A stretch of DNA of 61,158 nt, counting the filler, from Nemertoderma westbladi (taxonomy: Eukaryota > Animalia > Xenacoelomorpha), in assembly GCA_032718475.1 (NCBI GenBank). It is 4 parts of 4 records of this genome, joined end to end, with 100 filler letters (N's around TTAATTAATTAA, not from the genome) between each part and the next. Parts side by side here need not be neighbours in the genome. Positions count along the whole stretch, not along the records: positions 21,279 to 36,039 come from JAUCBJ010002906.1; positions 36,140 to 54,125 come from JAUCBJ010005062.1; 2 more parts are not named here. One strand, given 5' to 3'. Below are positions 24,360-38,150 of this stretch, piece by piece; position 1 is the first letter of the stretch, and every line of letters begins with the position of its first letter. Under the pieces are notes generated by a model. The model saw nothing but the letters and a program-made list of their open reading frames with translations, ran no database searches and was not told the origin of the DNA. A program made the position numbers and the translations under genes.

Positions 24360-27285
24360 TATCCACATCTAGTGGCCTCCCCATCTTCTCCTGTGTCAGG
24401 TCCGACCTTCCCGTTATCTCACAGAATTCGTCGACGTCTTTTGGCGGCAGAATGCCACCCTTCATTTCATCGTCACTTCGCGGTAGAATGCCACCCTTCA
24501 TATCATCGCCACTGGTACATTCCACCTCTGCTGGCCTCCCTCCTGGTACATTCCACCTCTGCTAGCCTCCCTCTCATTATGTGTGCCGGCGTTAAAGCCC
24601 CCGATGACCCTTGGTCATCTTTCGGTACGCATAATGGCTCACCATTTACTGCCCCCTCGCACTCTGCCAGCCCCGTGTTCAACATGTCTCCTCTTACTTT
24701 GCGATCATCCTTTATCCTCGACTCCTATCCCTTTGGATTAACCCTCTTATGTTTCTTCCTTTTCCTCCTTATCTTCTTGTTCAATCCCCCTGGTATCGGT
24801 ATACTTCTCAGTAGGATCAGCGTCTCTTCCAGGCATCTCTCTGGATATCTCGCTGCCAACTCTTCCCCATCCGAGTACCGATACTTGCCAGGTACATCTG
24901 CGTTCCATCCCATTGCCTCTAGGTACTGTGCATTGAACCCATTCTCCTCTGCCCACTCTCTTGCTGTTGCTCCTCCTCCTGACTCCTCTATCAGCGGTAT
25001 TTCTCTGGACTCATCCTCCACCCTTTCCACTATGCATGGTTCCAGATCCATATCCGCCCCCGTCTCCTGGTATCCTTCATCGGGCTGCTTCTCATATGGG
25101 ACCTCCCCGTCACCCATCTTTGACTTCTGCTTGGGCCACTTCCCATATGGGACATCCCCATCACCCATCTTTGACTTCTGCTCAGGCCGCTTCCCATATC
25201 GGACCTCCCCATCGCCTGTCTTTGGTTTCTGCTCTATGTGCTCAATGGTACCAGCCAGCATGCATCCAGATGTTTCGGATGCGCTAAACGGGGTCCTTGT
25301 CTTTATTGGGCCACTGAGCGTCCACCCGAATGGCGTGAGAATGGCCACCGGGTCTCGCTCTCTGTCATCACCGAAAATGGTTTGTAGCCTCTCGTGGGCT
25401 GTCGGACAATCGATGCCGACTATGAGAGACACTTTCGGGACATCTAGTTCGGGTATGGAGAAATCAATGTCGTCCAGGTACCGGTATTGCTCGATCTCGA
25501 TCTTTGTAGGTTGCTGTTTGTAGGTTGATGTTGATCAACTCTATTATTTGGATGGGTTCAATGGTAGCCCCATAGTCACACCCTGGTGTTATTGCTCCAA
25601 TTTCACACCATCTCATCTTCATGACCTCACCTTTGCTCGAAATCGTGGGCACCAGCATCTTACTTGGCCTGGTCTTTAATCCATCTTCTCGGCCACGCAA
25701 CTCTCCATTAGCGTGAACACTGCTCCACTATCGACTAGCATTAGTGCTGTAACCGATAGTCCGTTTTCTCCCATTACCTTTACTGGTACTACTCCGAGTA
25801 GTACCATTCCCTTCCTCCTTGCTCCCATGGCACTGGTCACGATCGTCCGGCCTCCATTTTATTCAGTCTCAGCATACTTTGGTGGGTTCTCTCGACACCT
25901 ATCCTTCTTATGTCCTCCCACCGCGCATCTGTGGCATAACCCAAATCTCCCTGTATAGGCTAATCGATCTTCTTTCTGCAGTGCCCGCCACTGGTCGCAA
26001 TCGATAGTCTTATGCATCCCATCCCATATAAGCACATGCTTTTTATGTAGCTGGCACCTGTAGTTTGGATTATAATGCTCTCTGTATAGCGTCTTGCGTA
26101 ATTCGTCCAGGTCCGAGTCGGATGGTTTGTTGTTTTGGTTGCATATACCCGCATCAGGGGTGTTTGTTTCCTCCATAGCCGCCACAGTTGTTCTGTGGAC
26201 TAGAAGTCCCCACAACGGTTACATATGGCAACAATTGCCTCACTCTCAGAAGTGCATCTGCAGCACTGTGTTCCGGATTAGGTCGGCTATATTCCGCTTT
26301 CGGTACCTTGCCCAGACTCCCCTCACTGTACACTGGATCCGTTATCAACTCGGATTATTATTGATTGATGATTGATGATTATTATTATTATTAAGGAAGT
26401 TCGGCATCTCTTCCAACCCTGGCTCTGCACTCTTCTTTTCTCGAGTGGAAAAAGCGATCTTTATCCATTTATTCCTCAACCATATCGGTAGTGCCTGTGC
26501 TATGCTTGTGATGTTACTTGAAGCATTAAGTTCGTATGGTGCTTCTAGCGTCTTTAAAACTATCAATGCCTTTTCTACTTTGTTGGCAAAGGCTTTGATA
26601 CTAACAGGGTCATCCGCGAGTCTGCCTGATGTTATTCCCCTTAAGGTTTATCGGATAATCTTCACTGGATGGCCAAATTCCCTATCCAGAGCTTTCCACG
26701 CTGTTGTAAATCCTCCTTCGATTCCCTGATATTGCCTCACAATATCATAGGCTGGCCACCCCGTATAAACTTGTAGATATTTAAGGCACTCCCCCTGCGC
26801 ATTTGAGATTTTTCGTAAGAATCTCGTTGCTGTACATCTTCCGGAACTGTAGATATACTTCCGGCTTGCTACCATCAAACTTAAAAGGCTCCTCGGGTGG
26901 TAGCTCTATTCCAGTTTTAAGCGCGTCGATGACTGTTGCCATTCCCATCGCTTGAATTTCCAGCACGCTCGACGGTAGGGATGCAGGCTCCTTTGGTGTT
27001 GACTGTTCTTCACCTCTCGGGTTCGTCGACTTTCCCTGTCTCCTCCATATCTCTGTATCGCACGATTTGTTTGGACTTGAGGGGGTTGCGACCTTTATTT
27101 TATTTTGTGGCATGTATTGCGGATACGATAATGAGGGAATGGCACCCCCCACCCACCGGTGTTATATTCTGCGCTGGGGTAGATGTATTATTATTGTATT
27201 GTTTGTGTATTGTATTATATTGGGGCCCATACACTTATCTGCAATTAATGGAATTTGGTTAGAATTACTTACTGTATTAGAAAAG
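24360..27285 (-). mobile_element. BEL/Pao gag-protease region (frameshifted), same family as 12969-19393
   Basis: EEPFKFDG, LKYL..YT, AWKALDREFG, LPIWLRNKW, knuckle CQLH..CHRC..GH..C, protease VVPVKV..MLVDSGA, LIVGID..TPFGWTLSGP; then the family-specific EWAEENG segment rather than RT. Confidence 0.85.
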
Positions 27286-27289
27286 ATAG

Positions 27290-28915
27290 TGTGTTCGGTT
27301 TTAGAGATATTGAGAGAGAGACGGTTATCTATTAGCCAATCAGAAATCTTCTGTAATTCTACCTTACTGCTGTCAATAAGTTTCAGTATGTTAGGATATG
27401 ATTGAAATAAAGTAGTATCGTCAGCAAATAGCGCAGATAGTAAGTAGGATGCATTAGGAAGGTAATTTATATAAAGTGAGAATTGAATAGGAGAAAGAGT
27501 GGACCCTTGAGGGACACCACAGGTTAGCGGTTCTAGAGAAGAGGTAGGCCTATGGTTATCAATAGTTACCGATTGGGTGCTGTCAGATAGAAAGCTAGCT
27601 ATCAGTTTATTTGGTAGGCCTCTGATACCGTTAGATAGAAACTTCTTTAGTAAAATTTGGTGATTGAGGGTATCAAAGTCCTTTTTGAGATCTTTAAATA
27701 TACCGCAGGTAGAGTTTTTGGAGTCAAGAGAGTCATGGATTCGTTCGATTACTGAAAGTAGTGCGTGTGTGGTAGATGTTTTAGGTCTGAAACCGAATTG
27801 TGACGCGCAGTAAGAATGGAATATTTAGTTAAATATGAGAATAACTGCAGATTAATTATTTGTTCAAATATTTTGGACAGTAGTACAGGTAGTAATTGAG
27901 GCCTATAATAATTTGGGTCGTAGGATGGCATAACTTTTTACAACTTTAACTTTTTTACATAACTTTGTAAGATGGCATAACTTTTGCTATTTAAGTCATT
28001 TAGGGTAGAAGCCATTATTAATAGATAGATTAATTAAATTACTGAGGTGAATAGAGATAGGTTTAGCAGCGTGAATTAATAGTTGTGTAGGGAAGATAAC
28101 ATTTGAAGACTTTTTGGGGTTTATGTGTAGTAAATGGTATTCTACTTCTACCGGGAAGGTTTCTACTAGTGATAAAAACGTGTTAGATTTATTGTGATTA
28201 ATATAGCGGACAAGGGAGCGAGTAGAAGTTGGTATTTCATTTGCCAGTTTAGGACCTATAGTAGCAATGTGAGTATTAAATTCATTAGCAATGCGAGTCG
28301 GGTCTGTAATTGTCTCAGTGGTGGTGTCAGTGCATGGTATTAGTTTTTTGTGGTATTTTGAGTATTGTTAGATTGTAAAATAGAAGTCACCTTATTCCAA
28401 TACTTTATAAATTTATTAAGGTTGGACTCTGTTGGGTGTTTTATAGAGTTACGGTAAAGATTGTTTTTTTAATGGTGCAGTGTAACAGGTTATTTGTCAT
28501 CCAAGGTTTAATTATTATTTTCTTTGGGGGGATATATTTTTTTGGTATGTGAGATGAGCAGATATTTTCTAAATTTTGGTAGAATTCATTGAATTTTTCT
28601 GAGTTAGGTGTATCGTCCGAATTATAAGTCCCTGTAAAAGGGGAGTTAATTTGTTCCAGAAATTTTTTGCGGTTATATTTAGAGTAGTCATAAATGGTAT
28701 GATTTTTGGGCTGATTGAAAAAACATAAGTATTTCTGAAAAATTGTGAAAGTGGGTTGGTGATTCGAAGTTCCTAATTTACTCTGAAAAGTACCAGCTTT
28801 TGAAATGGAGGTAGTGATGTTAGTTATAATGTGATCGATTAAAGATTCAGACCAAGTAGTTACTCTAGTAGGTTGATTAATTAAATGTAGGAAACCGTAA
28901 GAATCTTTAGTAAGT
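27290..28915 (-). mobile_element. Decayed CR1/L2-type LINE ORF2 (endonuclease end and RT)
   Basis: Minus strand SLIDHIITN (~28830), YRP..LLPVLSKIFE, DFDTLNHQIL, CGVPQGSTL, LFADDTT (~27415-27430). Confidence 0.85.
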
Positions 28916-29574
28916 CAATAGTAGTAAGATGAACCCCATTTCGGCGACAGTTGGACCAACTTCGCACCTTAAGTGTTAAGTAGGTAATTAATTAATCAAT
29001 TAATTAATTGGTCGATTAAACAATTAATTAATTACTTAATCGATCGATGTGTATCAAATAATGTTGCCAAAGGCAAAATAATTTGACACAAATCAATCAG
29101 ATAGGGGATGCGCGATGAATATAGAACTACAGTAGGTACAGTAGATAAAATATACAATAAATAGGTACCATACAGAACAATATACAGTACATTTGTATTA
29201 TTTTTGTCATACAGTAGTTTAGGTAATGATGGAATGAAATAAAAAGACGTAGCGGGGCCCAAAATATAATTTACACTCACAGGAAAATACGTGGGCCAGT
29301 TTGGCCCTGGCTCAGTCCCCCAATAATCTGAGGCTGTTATGCTCTTATTAGACGTAGAAAGATTAATCCCTTTGAATCTTATACTGTATGTCAATGCATA
29401 TGTGGGGGTTGCATCGAGCTTTAAATTATTTGTGAAAGGAAAACCAACTCTACAGTAATTTGAGGTCCTTTCTTATTGCTTGCTTGATAAGAAAAATTCA
29501 AGAAACATCTGGTTTGCAATAGATTGCCTTCTTTCACATTGTGCTATATGAAGCTGCCTGCGCGTCTGATCGCA

Positions 29575-29756
29575 CGCAGCCTCTGCCTCAGCCTCACCCT
29601 CAGCCTCAGCTCCAGCCTCACCCTCAGCCTCAGCCTCAGCCTCAGCCTCAGCCTCAGCATCACCCTCAGCATCAGCTTCAGCCTCAACCTCAGCCTCACC
29701 TTCAGCCTCACCATCAGCTTCATCCTCAGCTTCAGCCTCAGCATCACCCTCACCCA
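29575..29756. repeat. (CAGCCT)n hexamer repeat, Glu-Ala/Gly on the minus strand
   Basis: Direct reading; lies in ORF 29473..29814. Confidence 0.85.
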
Positions 29757-30029
29757 CCTCTCTAACACACCACTTCTCCCCACAGGAGAATATTTGTTTA
29801 TCTTTTTTTGTCAAAATGTTTAACTAATTTGATGTTTTGGTTACCCATTCATTATGCATTTAAAATAGGATCAAGTTGACTTTATTTGTCTAATTAAACA
29901 TATTATTATGAAATTACATAATTAATACGACTAAATATAATAAATATTTCAAACAATCAGTTATAATTAATGTCTCGCATTAACTGTATGACTGTTCATA
30001 CACCTAGGTCGATATACATCAGTTGCTGG

Positions 30030-30729
30030 AGATATAACTTTTCCATTCCCTACTCTGATTTTCTGTCCATTTTCATTGTCATTTCCTCTGATTCTTCCTC
30101 ACTGCCATCGCTACTCTCCTCTGGTTCTTCTTCTACACTACCATCATTAATCTCCTACGATTCATACTCATCACTCTCACTTCCATCATTATCACTCTCC
30201 TTATGCGAATGTTTCTGCATTTCATTCAATTGTCTAATTATTTTCTGCTATTTACTTTTATTTCCTAATACATGTCTTAATATCTCCTCATTATCTGAGT
30301 CATCTGAGTCATTCTCCTCCCCACTTTCATGTTCCTCGACTTCTTTCTCGCTCTCATTTTCTTCATCACCACTCTCATTTCTTCTTCCTCTATCTCACTC
30401 TCTGTTTCATAATTCTCAACCTTTTCACTTTACTCTGATTTATCATCTTCCTCACTCTCATCATCCTTTTCACTAGGTGGCTGTTTCTGTATATTTTTCA
30501 AAATGTTCATAATTTTCTCGAATTTATGTTCCATCATTTGTATAATCTCTAGAAAGTCAATCTCAACTCTCTTTTTGTTCTCATCTTCACTAAAAATGTC
30601 ATCATTATTTTTTAATTTCTATGGAGAAGGTTCCATTGCACCGTCCTTTCTATGTATACTCATTTGGCGGGACATATTGTCTCGTCTCAATTTTTTATCA
30701 CAAACCATGCACTTTTCATAACTAGGCAT
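30030..30729 (-). pseudogene. Decayed ORF with an N-terminal C2H2-like finger and an acidic low-complexity tail
   Basis: ATG 30729: MPSYEKCMVCDKKLRRDNMSRQMSIH, then an in-frame stop and E/D-rich sequence. Confidence 0.4.
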
Positions 30730-31132
30730 TTTATGAAAGAAAACAGTATTATGTTTTTAAATGTCTACAGCTATATTTTTTCAAAATTTTCAGTTTGTTT
30801 AGCTAGGGATTCACTTAAAATATAAATCTCAGTAAATATATATCAGAAGATGGAACATTATTAATAGAGTTCAAATTTAATGTTTAAAGATTAATGTTAA
30901 TAATTGAAATTTATATGTGGGAGGCTATCGCTTATTAAGTGAGGTTTGTGTATGGTATAGCGAGGCACAAAGTTAGACATACAATACATACAAGAGGTTT
31001 GCTTCACTCCCCTATTAGGGAGTGAGGCGCGGTGCAAAGTTAGACCTTGATGCATGTTAGAGACATTACAGGCCAGAGTGAGGTGTTGTATGACAGAGTG
31101 AGGCATTTAGCTAACAGTGAGGTATACCTTAA

Positions 31133-32696
31133 CCCTATTAAACCCGGGGGGGGGGTCAATATGACCCCTCCCGTGGTTGTTTTATTATAATTCTGAAACA
31201 AACGCAGTTGGAATTCTGAAATTTTATGACTTTTCCTAAAAATCTATTGTCTTCCTAGTAGTGAAAACCGTTTTCAAAAATATTGGGTAGTTTTCGAGTT
31301 ATAGCACCATTTTTTAACCTTTTTTTAAACCTTTTTTGGCACTTTTTTTGAGACGTTTTTTGAAAATTACATTTCATTAAATATTAATTGTAACATCTCT
31401 ATTTTTTATTTACACCGGTTTTTTGGTGTTAGCAATTGGATGGAATTCATATAAATTGATTTAGAAATTTCAAACTTGTTTTTTTCGGCGAGTGCCAAAT
31501 TTTGGTGCCAGCACCAAATTTTGAAATATGTCAATTTTGTAAATTGATTGTTTGAAACTTGTTTTTTACGCAATTGGGGTATTTTGGGGTTCTGGTTTTG
31601 ATGAAATATATACGAGTTGCACCAAGCGTATCAAACTTGTATTTTTCGGTGCTGTGTGCAAATTTTGGTGCTAGCACAAAATTTTGAAAATCCATTCAAT
31701 AGATAAAATTGCTTGTGACAATTTATTTCTTGCATTTTAGAGGTTTATGGCTGTTCTGAATTCAATGGAATATATAATTATCGAACTTGACATCTCAAAC
31801 TTGTATTTTTCGGAAGTGGGTGCAAAATGTGGTGCTAGCACCAAATTTTGAAAACCATCAAATATATCAATTGATTGTGTCATCTTGTTTCTTGCGTTAT
31901 ACGGGTTTGTTAGGGTTCTGAATTCAATGGAATCAGTAAAAATTTCATAAGAGTTTTCAAACTTGTATTTTTCGCCGGTGGGTGAAAATTGTTGTTTTGC
32001 ACCAAATTTTGGAAAATGAGTAAATTGACCAGTAGATAGTATCATCTTGTTTCTTGCGTTATACGGGTTTATGAGGGTCCTGAATCCGATGGAAACAATA
32101 AAAACAGCACTGGACATCGCAAACTTGTACTTTTTGGTGATGGGTACGAAATTTGGTGCTAGCACCAACATTTGTCAAATTACGCCGAAAAATACAAGTA
32201 GCAATGATCTAGCATATTTGAAATGTATTCCATTAGAATCAGCGCCCTAGAAAACCTAAAAATGTGAATTTATAGCATCGTATAAGTGAATTAAAAATTT
32301 TGTGTTCTAACGGAAAAGTGCTGGTTACTTGTTTTTTTCATTTTTTTCCTACGCATAGAGGACTAAACAGCCATTTATGGTAATCATATCATTTTTAAAT
32401 ATTTTCCAATGTATTTTGCGCCCCAGAAAACCTGTATTGAAAAACAATTAGCCAAAAAATGTAACTTTCAAATTTTGTGAAAATTGTGCACTACTTGTAA
32501 TTTTGGTGCTGCAATATTACCACTCCAGTCCATTTTTTTGAAATTTTTTTTTTTCGGTCGGATCCAGACTAGTGATACCTACGTACAAACAAAAAATCAG
32601 AAGTTTTCGTTAATATTTGTAGATTTTAGAGGGAGGGGTCAATATGACCCCCCCCCCGGTATTTGTACAGCATTTTATAGCCCGGTACTAATAGGG
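31133..32696. mobile_element. Non-autonomous piggyBac-type element
   Basis: TTAA on both sides; ends CCCTATTA..CCGGG / CCCGG..TAATAGGG; subterminal GGGGTCAATATGACCCC hairpins; ~120-bp internal tandem repeats. Confidence 0.85.
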
Positions 32697-32779
32697 TTAA
32701 TGCTTCATATAAGCCACGAAGTGAGGTGAGTGAGTCATTAATTGAGGTCTATTGGGAGTGTGGCTAGCAGTCAGGTCAG

Positions 32780-35295
32780 GTATTCTAGGTCATTGATCAA
32801 GAAAACTTGCCACCTCCATGCAGCATAAAGGAGCTGCCACCTGTAGCTGCATAGACCCTCTTACTAGGGCAAATCTGGTGCTGTAACTAGGACCCCCTTC
32901 GTTCTGGGATAAGGACGCCCTTGGTCCTGGATTAAGGACCCATATACTTGGCTGCAGGGGTATATGGCCTGGCCAGGCAGATGGTGATCTACCAATAGCT
33001 GGTCAGGAGTAGAGTGATCTCATGTCCACTCTGAGTGCACTTCACTGCGACCTGCACCTGGCAGCAGGGGTACAGGGCATGACCCAGCAGATGAGCTGCA
33101 CAGCCAATGGTGGGTCATGTGCGTGATGGGCCTCATATCTGACTCCACTGCGACACCCACCCTGTGGAATGACAAACCAGGGTGTGGTATTTGCCCCGAG
33201 AGCTGACTCGGCAAAAAAGCACCCCCCAACCCCCACTATAGATTACATTAGTAATGCGGAGGTCCAGCCACTAGAGGCCAGTGGAATGACTGGACACAAT
33301 CGGCCTCACAGGCGTCAGTTATCTCCTGACCGGCTGCCTGTCTCACCCCCTACTGGAGAGAGAGCGGCAAACAATTCTTTGAGTCCCTTTCCTGATGACC
33401 TTTCTATCCCAAACCCTGGGTCACCAGGGAGGCCAGATTCTGAGGGGGAGAGGGATTCTAGAGTTGGAGGCTACTCTCATGTTCCACCCCGACCAACAAA
33501 GCCATTGGTGAATCTGAGGCAAGTCACTAGACTAGCCTCAGTAAACACCCTAACACTCGGGTCCCCAATACGACAAGGTGAGCTGACTGCCTTGGCAGAT
33601 AAGCTTTCTCTTAGCGCAGTGGGTGTTCAAGAGCACCGAATGCAGACTGGACAGACTGATGAGGTTCTGATTAAGGACATGGGGGGGGGGGGGGGGGGGT
33701 GGTGACTCGCCCTCGCTTCAGCAGATGATAGTGGCAATGGTGGAATTGGTCTATTGATAAATCCAACTGCACATGCAGCATTGGACAAATTTGACCAAAT
33801 CTCTAACCGCATCATCTGTTGCCACTTCTCATGTTCTGGAAGACTGGCTAAGAAGTTTCCTAAGGTGGTTCTGATTATGTGCTACTCTCCAACTAGTGTT
33901 GCCCCTGTAGGTGAGGTAGAAAATTTCTACCAGAATCTACAAGCAGCTATTGATGGAGTGGATCAGCATGCATTCTTAACAATACTGGGAGACTTTAATG
34001 CAAGTCTGCATCAATCACCTACATCGCCCTGGGTCTATAGCAATAGTGTTAACCGAAATTCCGTCCATCTTCAGGATTGTATCTCTGGAAATGGATTGTT
34101 TTCGGCTGGAACCCAGTTCAAGAAGCGAACTGGAAAGCTATGGACTTATAGTGGACCCAGTGGTCACAAGTCCCAGATAGACCATATCCTGTTTCGTAGG
34201 AAATACAGGAGCTCTATACAAGACTGTAATGCATTTACACTACGACCCTTCTCCAGTGATCACCGCCTTATTGTGGACAAGGTAAGACTTAGTCTGCGTG
34301 CTAGCAGAACAACGAAATCTGCCTTGCCACGGCATGACTGGTCCTCTGTTGCAACAGCCAAGTGTGAGATCCAGCTTCACACTACAGCTGCGCCACAGGT
34401 ATGAGGCTCTTGCCTCTGAGGCAGCAGATCACTGTGAGGGATGTACTGCCTTCACAGAGGCAGTTAAGTTAGCAGCTGCAGAAACAGTTCCAGTAAACCC
34501 TCGAAACAGGAAACCGGCCCCCTGGACTGACAACAAAATTCAGAAGTGCCGAAATGACCTCTACAAGGCGCAGAAAGAGTCCCAACTCAAACAGACTACA
34601 GCGGCCAAGAATGCAGTTAAGGCTGCATCTAGGTCCCTGAACAGGCACTACTCAGTTAATTTACAGGAGCTAATAAACCAACAGGTCGTGCCATCAATGA
34701 TGCTGACGACAGCAGGTAATCATCCCAGGCATGGAGATCGATCAACTTGCTTGCTGGTCGAAAAAGCCAACCAACCACCAAGGTTAAGGCTGAATCACCA
34801 GCCGATCGCCTCAATGGTTGGAAGGCCCACTTTGAAAAGCTCCTCAATAATGACAGGGTATTGCCTGATAACTTTATAGAAGTAAAAGTGTCTGAGTCTG
34901 TACTCCCAGATATTCCCATTGGTGATATCTCCTTTGCAGAAGTGAAGGCGGCTGCAAAGAGCATTAAGACCAATCGTGCCAGTGGAGTAGATGGTGTTCC
35001 CCCTGAGGTCTTTAAAATACCTGAGTGTTTAAAGGTCATCTATCCCATCATAGTAGACATGTACCGTACATCAAGAGTCCCACAAGAAATGAAAACAAAT
35101 AAGTTGGTGCCAGTTCCCAAGAAGGGCAACCTAACACTCTATGGTTCTTTTCGGGGAATCTCATTGATCTCAATTGCTGCAAAGCTATACAATAGAATTC
35201 TATTAAATCGCATCAGAGATCCCATTGAGAGACTGCTCCGTGGAAATCAGAATGGGTTCTGTAAAGGTCGTGGGACCATGGAGCCCATTTTGGCA
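32780..35295 (+). mobile_element. RTE-like LINE: APE endonuclease and RT N-terminus, frameshifted and 3'-truncated
   Basis: ASVNTLTL, VGVQEHR, GDFNA, QIDHIL, SDHRL; ASGVDGVPPE, PVPKKGNL, FRGISL, NQNGF; 5' boundary approximate. Confidence 0.88.
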
Positions 35296-36039
35296 CTTAA
35301 CAACTTATCTAACTTAACAGCCTAATAAACACTCTATACTAATGCGCAATTCTAATTTATCGCACAACTGGTAGCACCAGTAACAGCCTAAAATACTGTA
35401 TTATTTTTCGACCTAATCAGTAACTATTCGTCATAAACTAAGAAATAGAAATCAATCAAAGGGAAAAGAGCACCTATCTAAGCATTCGTGATTTATTAGG
35501 CACACCTTAGTAACACACCAATCAGCGTAACAGGCAATCAGGTCTCTCCAGGCAGCCAGGATCCCCCATACACGCCGGCAACAATGCCAGTTGAACGAAC
35601 ACCACCACCGCCACCAAAGAAATCTCGACGGACTCTCGGTTCGGGCGAAGTCCCTACATCTAAAACTGCCACCACCTCCCAGTCCACCTCTACTAATCAA
35701 CTTTGTGATGATTTAGTTGACGTCCTACTGACGAGACTGTCTGACCTAGAAAAGCGCGTGGTCCAGCTAACTAAATAACGTAACATCGACCACCAGCTAC
35801 TCCAGGATTATCGCAAAGAGCTAGACTCCCTCCACCATCCTCGTAATTTCCCCCTTGTTAACCTGGATGATACGATTATGGACCGCACTGTCTTCCTGCA
35901 GTAGCAAACTCCCCGAGACGAGTCGGTCATCCAGGTTGGGGATGGGGAGGACAATCTCCTCCCACCTCCGGTAACTCCACGCCCAGCGACACCACGCCAA
36001 GCGACCCCGCACCCAGCGACCCCACACCCAGCGACCCTG
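35296..36039 (+). mobile_element. Possible 5' UTR/ORF1 of another LINE, truncating the RTE
   Basis: Abrupt compositional switch; ORF 35584..35778 with coiled-coil-like LLTRLSDLEKRV. Confidence 0.3.
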
Positions 36040-36139
36040 NNNNNNNNNNNNNNNNNNNNNNNNNNNNNNNNNNNNNNNNNNNNTTAATTAATTAANNNNN
36101 NNNNNNNNNNNNNNNNNNNNNNNNNNNNNNNNNNNNNNN
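36040..36139. other. Artificial contig-join spacer
   Basis: N-run, TTAATTAATTAA, N-run. Confidence 0.97.
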
Positions 36140-37629
36140 GGCTACATGTAGGTTCGTGTAGCCTACCTGTAGGTGCACGTGTACGGTAAATGTATGTGGT
36201 CGGTGTAGGTAGCAGGTAGGTCTTTAAAACAACAATTGAAAAAGTATATCAACCAATGAGAAAAGGATAAAATATACTACAGTAGCCAATGAAACAAATC
36301 CTCTCGCTTTTGGACATGGCAACAGGGTAAATTTGGGCATTTAGTTCTCATGAGGCATTAGGTCTCATGAGAAAGGAGCAGGTTATAGAGGCGCGTTGGG
36401 TGAACCAAAACAATAAACGAAAGAAACCCATAAAACTCGGTCCGGTACCGGTATTGCTCATCTCATAGACTAGTCTGTCATAGACTAGCATTCTACATTG
36501 CGACCGCCGACCGCGTTTTCCCTAGGACCGGGTCCGGACCTGGTTTTTTTAGGTCAGTACTGCAGTAGGTAGACTCTATTTTTACTAATACAGTAATAGG
36601 TTAGGGGTTAGGTGTGCCTTAGTTCAGATGCTTGATAGCAACAATGTGTTGGCAAGCTGTATTTAGTTCAGATCGACAGTCCTCATTGAGTCTGGTTCCT
36701 TAATCTGTTTAATCAATCATGTTAATTTTAAAGAATATACCATCTACAGCTGCAAACACTACCGGTAATGCAAAACATTGTACCAGTAGGCCTATTGTAT
36801 GTAGGCCTATATGGTATATTCAACCATGGTACTGGTATGAGTGGTATGCAGCATACGTTTGCTACAGTACGTACAGTACAGCAGTAGTACGTACAGTAGT
36901 ATTGTCTGCAACTGCAACTGACAAAAATCTGATGTCATAATGTACTTTTAAAGTTCCCTCCCTCCTTGTACATTTTTAGTTGGATGGTTAGAAGCCAGCT
37001 GTGATGTGGTAATCCTAATCCAGAGGTCGCGGTTACCATCAGTTTTAGTTAGATTAGTTTTCTTCGGCTGTTAGGGCTGGGATTTCGCACAAAGCCTTAC
37101 GACTTATTTCCCGTGCGGAACTACTAAACTGGTATTTAGATAAACCCTAGCTATAGTCCTCTGAAGCATTCATGCCGAAACAAAAACTATACCATGGCAC
37201 CGAAAGGCCTATATGAAGATTCCCATGTGAAGAATACCAGGCTTTCAACAAAACCACAGTTACAGAAAGGGCTGAATTTAACCAAAACAATAAACGATAA
37301 TCAGTATATGTACAGGTTATAAGACAGTAATAAGCGCTATAAAACACTTAATAAAGATAAATTTAAAAAAAATAAACAATCTTCATATATAAAATTCCAA
37401 TAAAAATTAGACCGTAAAGTGAAATCCTGGTATTCTTCACCTGTTATTCTTAGTGTATCCTGACCCCTAGACCAGTTCCTGTAATAAAATGTGTATCATG
37501 GCGTTCTGAAAGTAACTACTGTATGTAAGCTACTTACCATATTATATTGTATACCTATACTGTATATATATCCGGTATACAGCACTTAATGCAATTCTAA
37601 TCTGTGGTGTAATTATTAATATCGCGCGT

Positions 37630-38002
37630 TGTGACGGGATCAGAGATCCCGACCGGGTTGTTAAAGTACGCGTCACCGTTCTGCTGTGGATCGTGCTACT
37701 AGCTTTGGCCGAGGCCGTTTGGGAAAACAGTAAAAGATAATATAATATATAATGTAAGATAATATATGATTAATACATTGAATATTGGTTCACCTCCTAC
37801 TCTACTTTAGCCCTCTACCCTATGGATGCTTTCCTGTTTCCTTATCACGTGCTTCCCTCCCCACTATTGGCTAATATACTCCTTGTCACTTTGGCACTCC
37901 CTGGGACTGCCCCCCCCCCCCCCCCCCCCGCTGCTAGCCTCTACTAGCTGTGTTCCCTTCGAGGTGGTTTGACCTCTCACATTTCTCTGTGGCTTTGGGG
38001 CT

Positions 38003-38039
<37 letters not shown>

Positions 38040-38150
38040 TTGGTTATGATACGAGATTAATATTGGTAATCTCGTATCCCCAACATATTGCTAAAATGCC
38101 ACTAGTCCCATTTTCTGGTGGGTAATGAAGTGGAATTGAATCCGCATACA
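37630..38150 (-). mobile_element. Solo LTR of the BEL-derived family
   Basis: TGTGACGGGATC...GGAATTGAATCCGCATACA like 12086-12680; perfect 5-bp TSD CGCGT (37625-29, 38151-55). Confidence 0.85.

Noticed and set aside
24264-25523. 419-aa plus-strand ORF
   Set aside because: Antisense shadow of the BEL gag-protease region.
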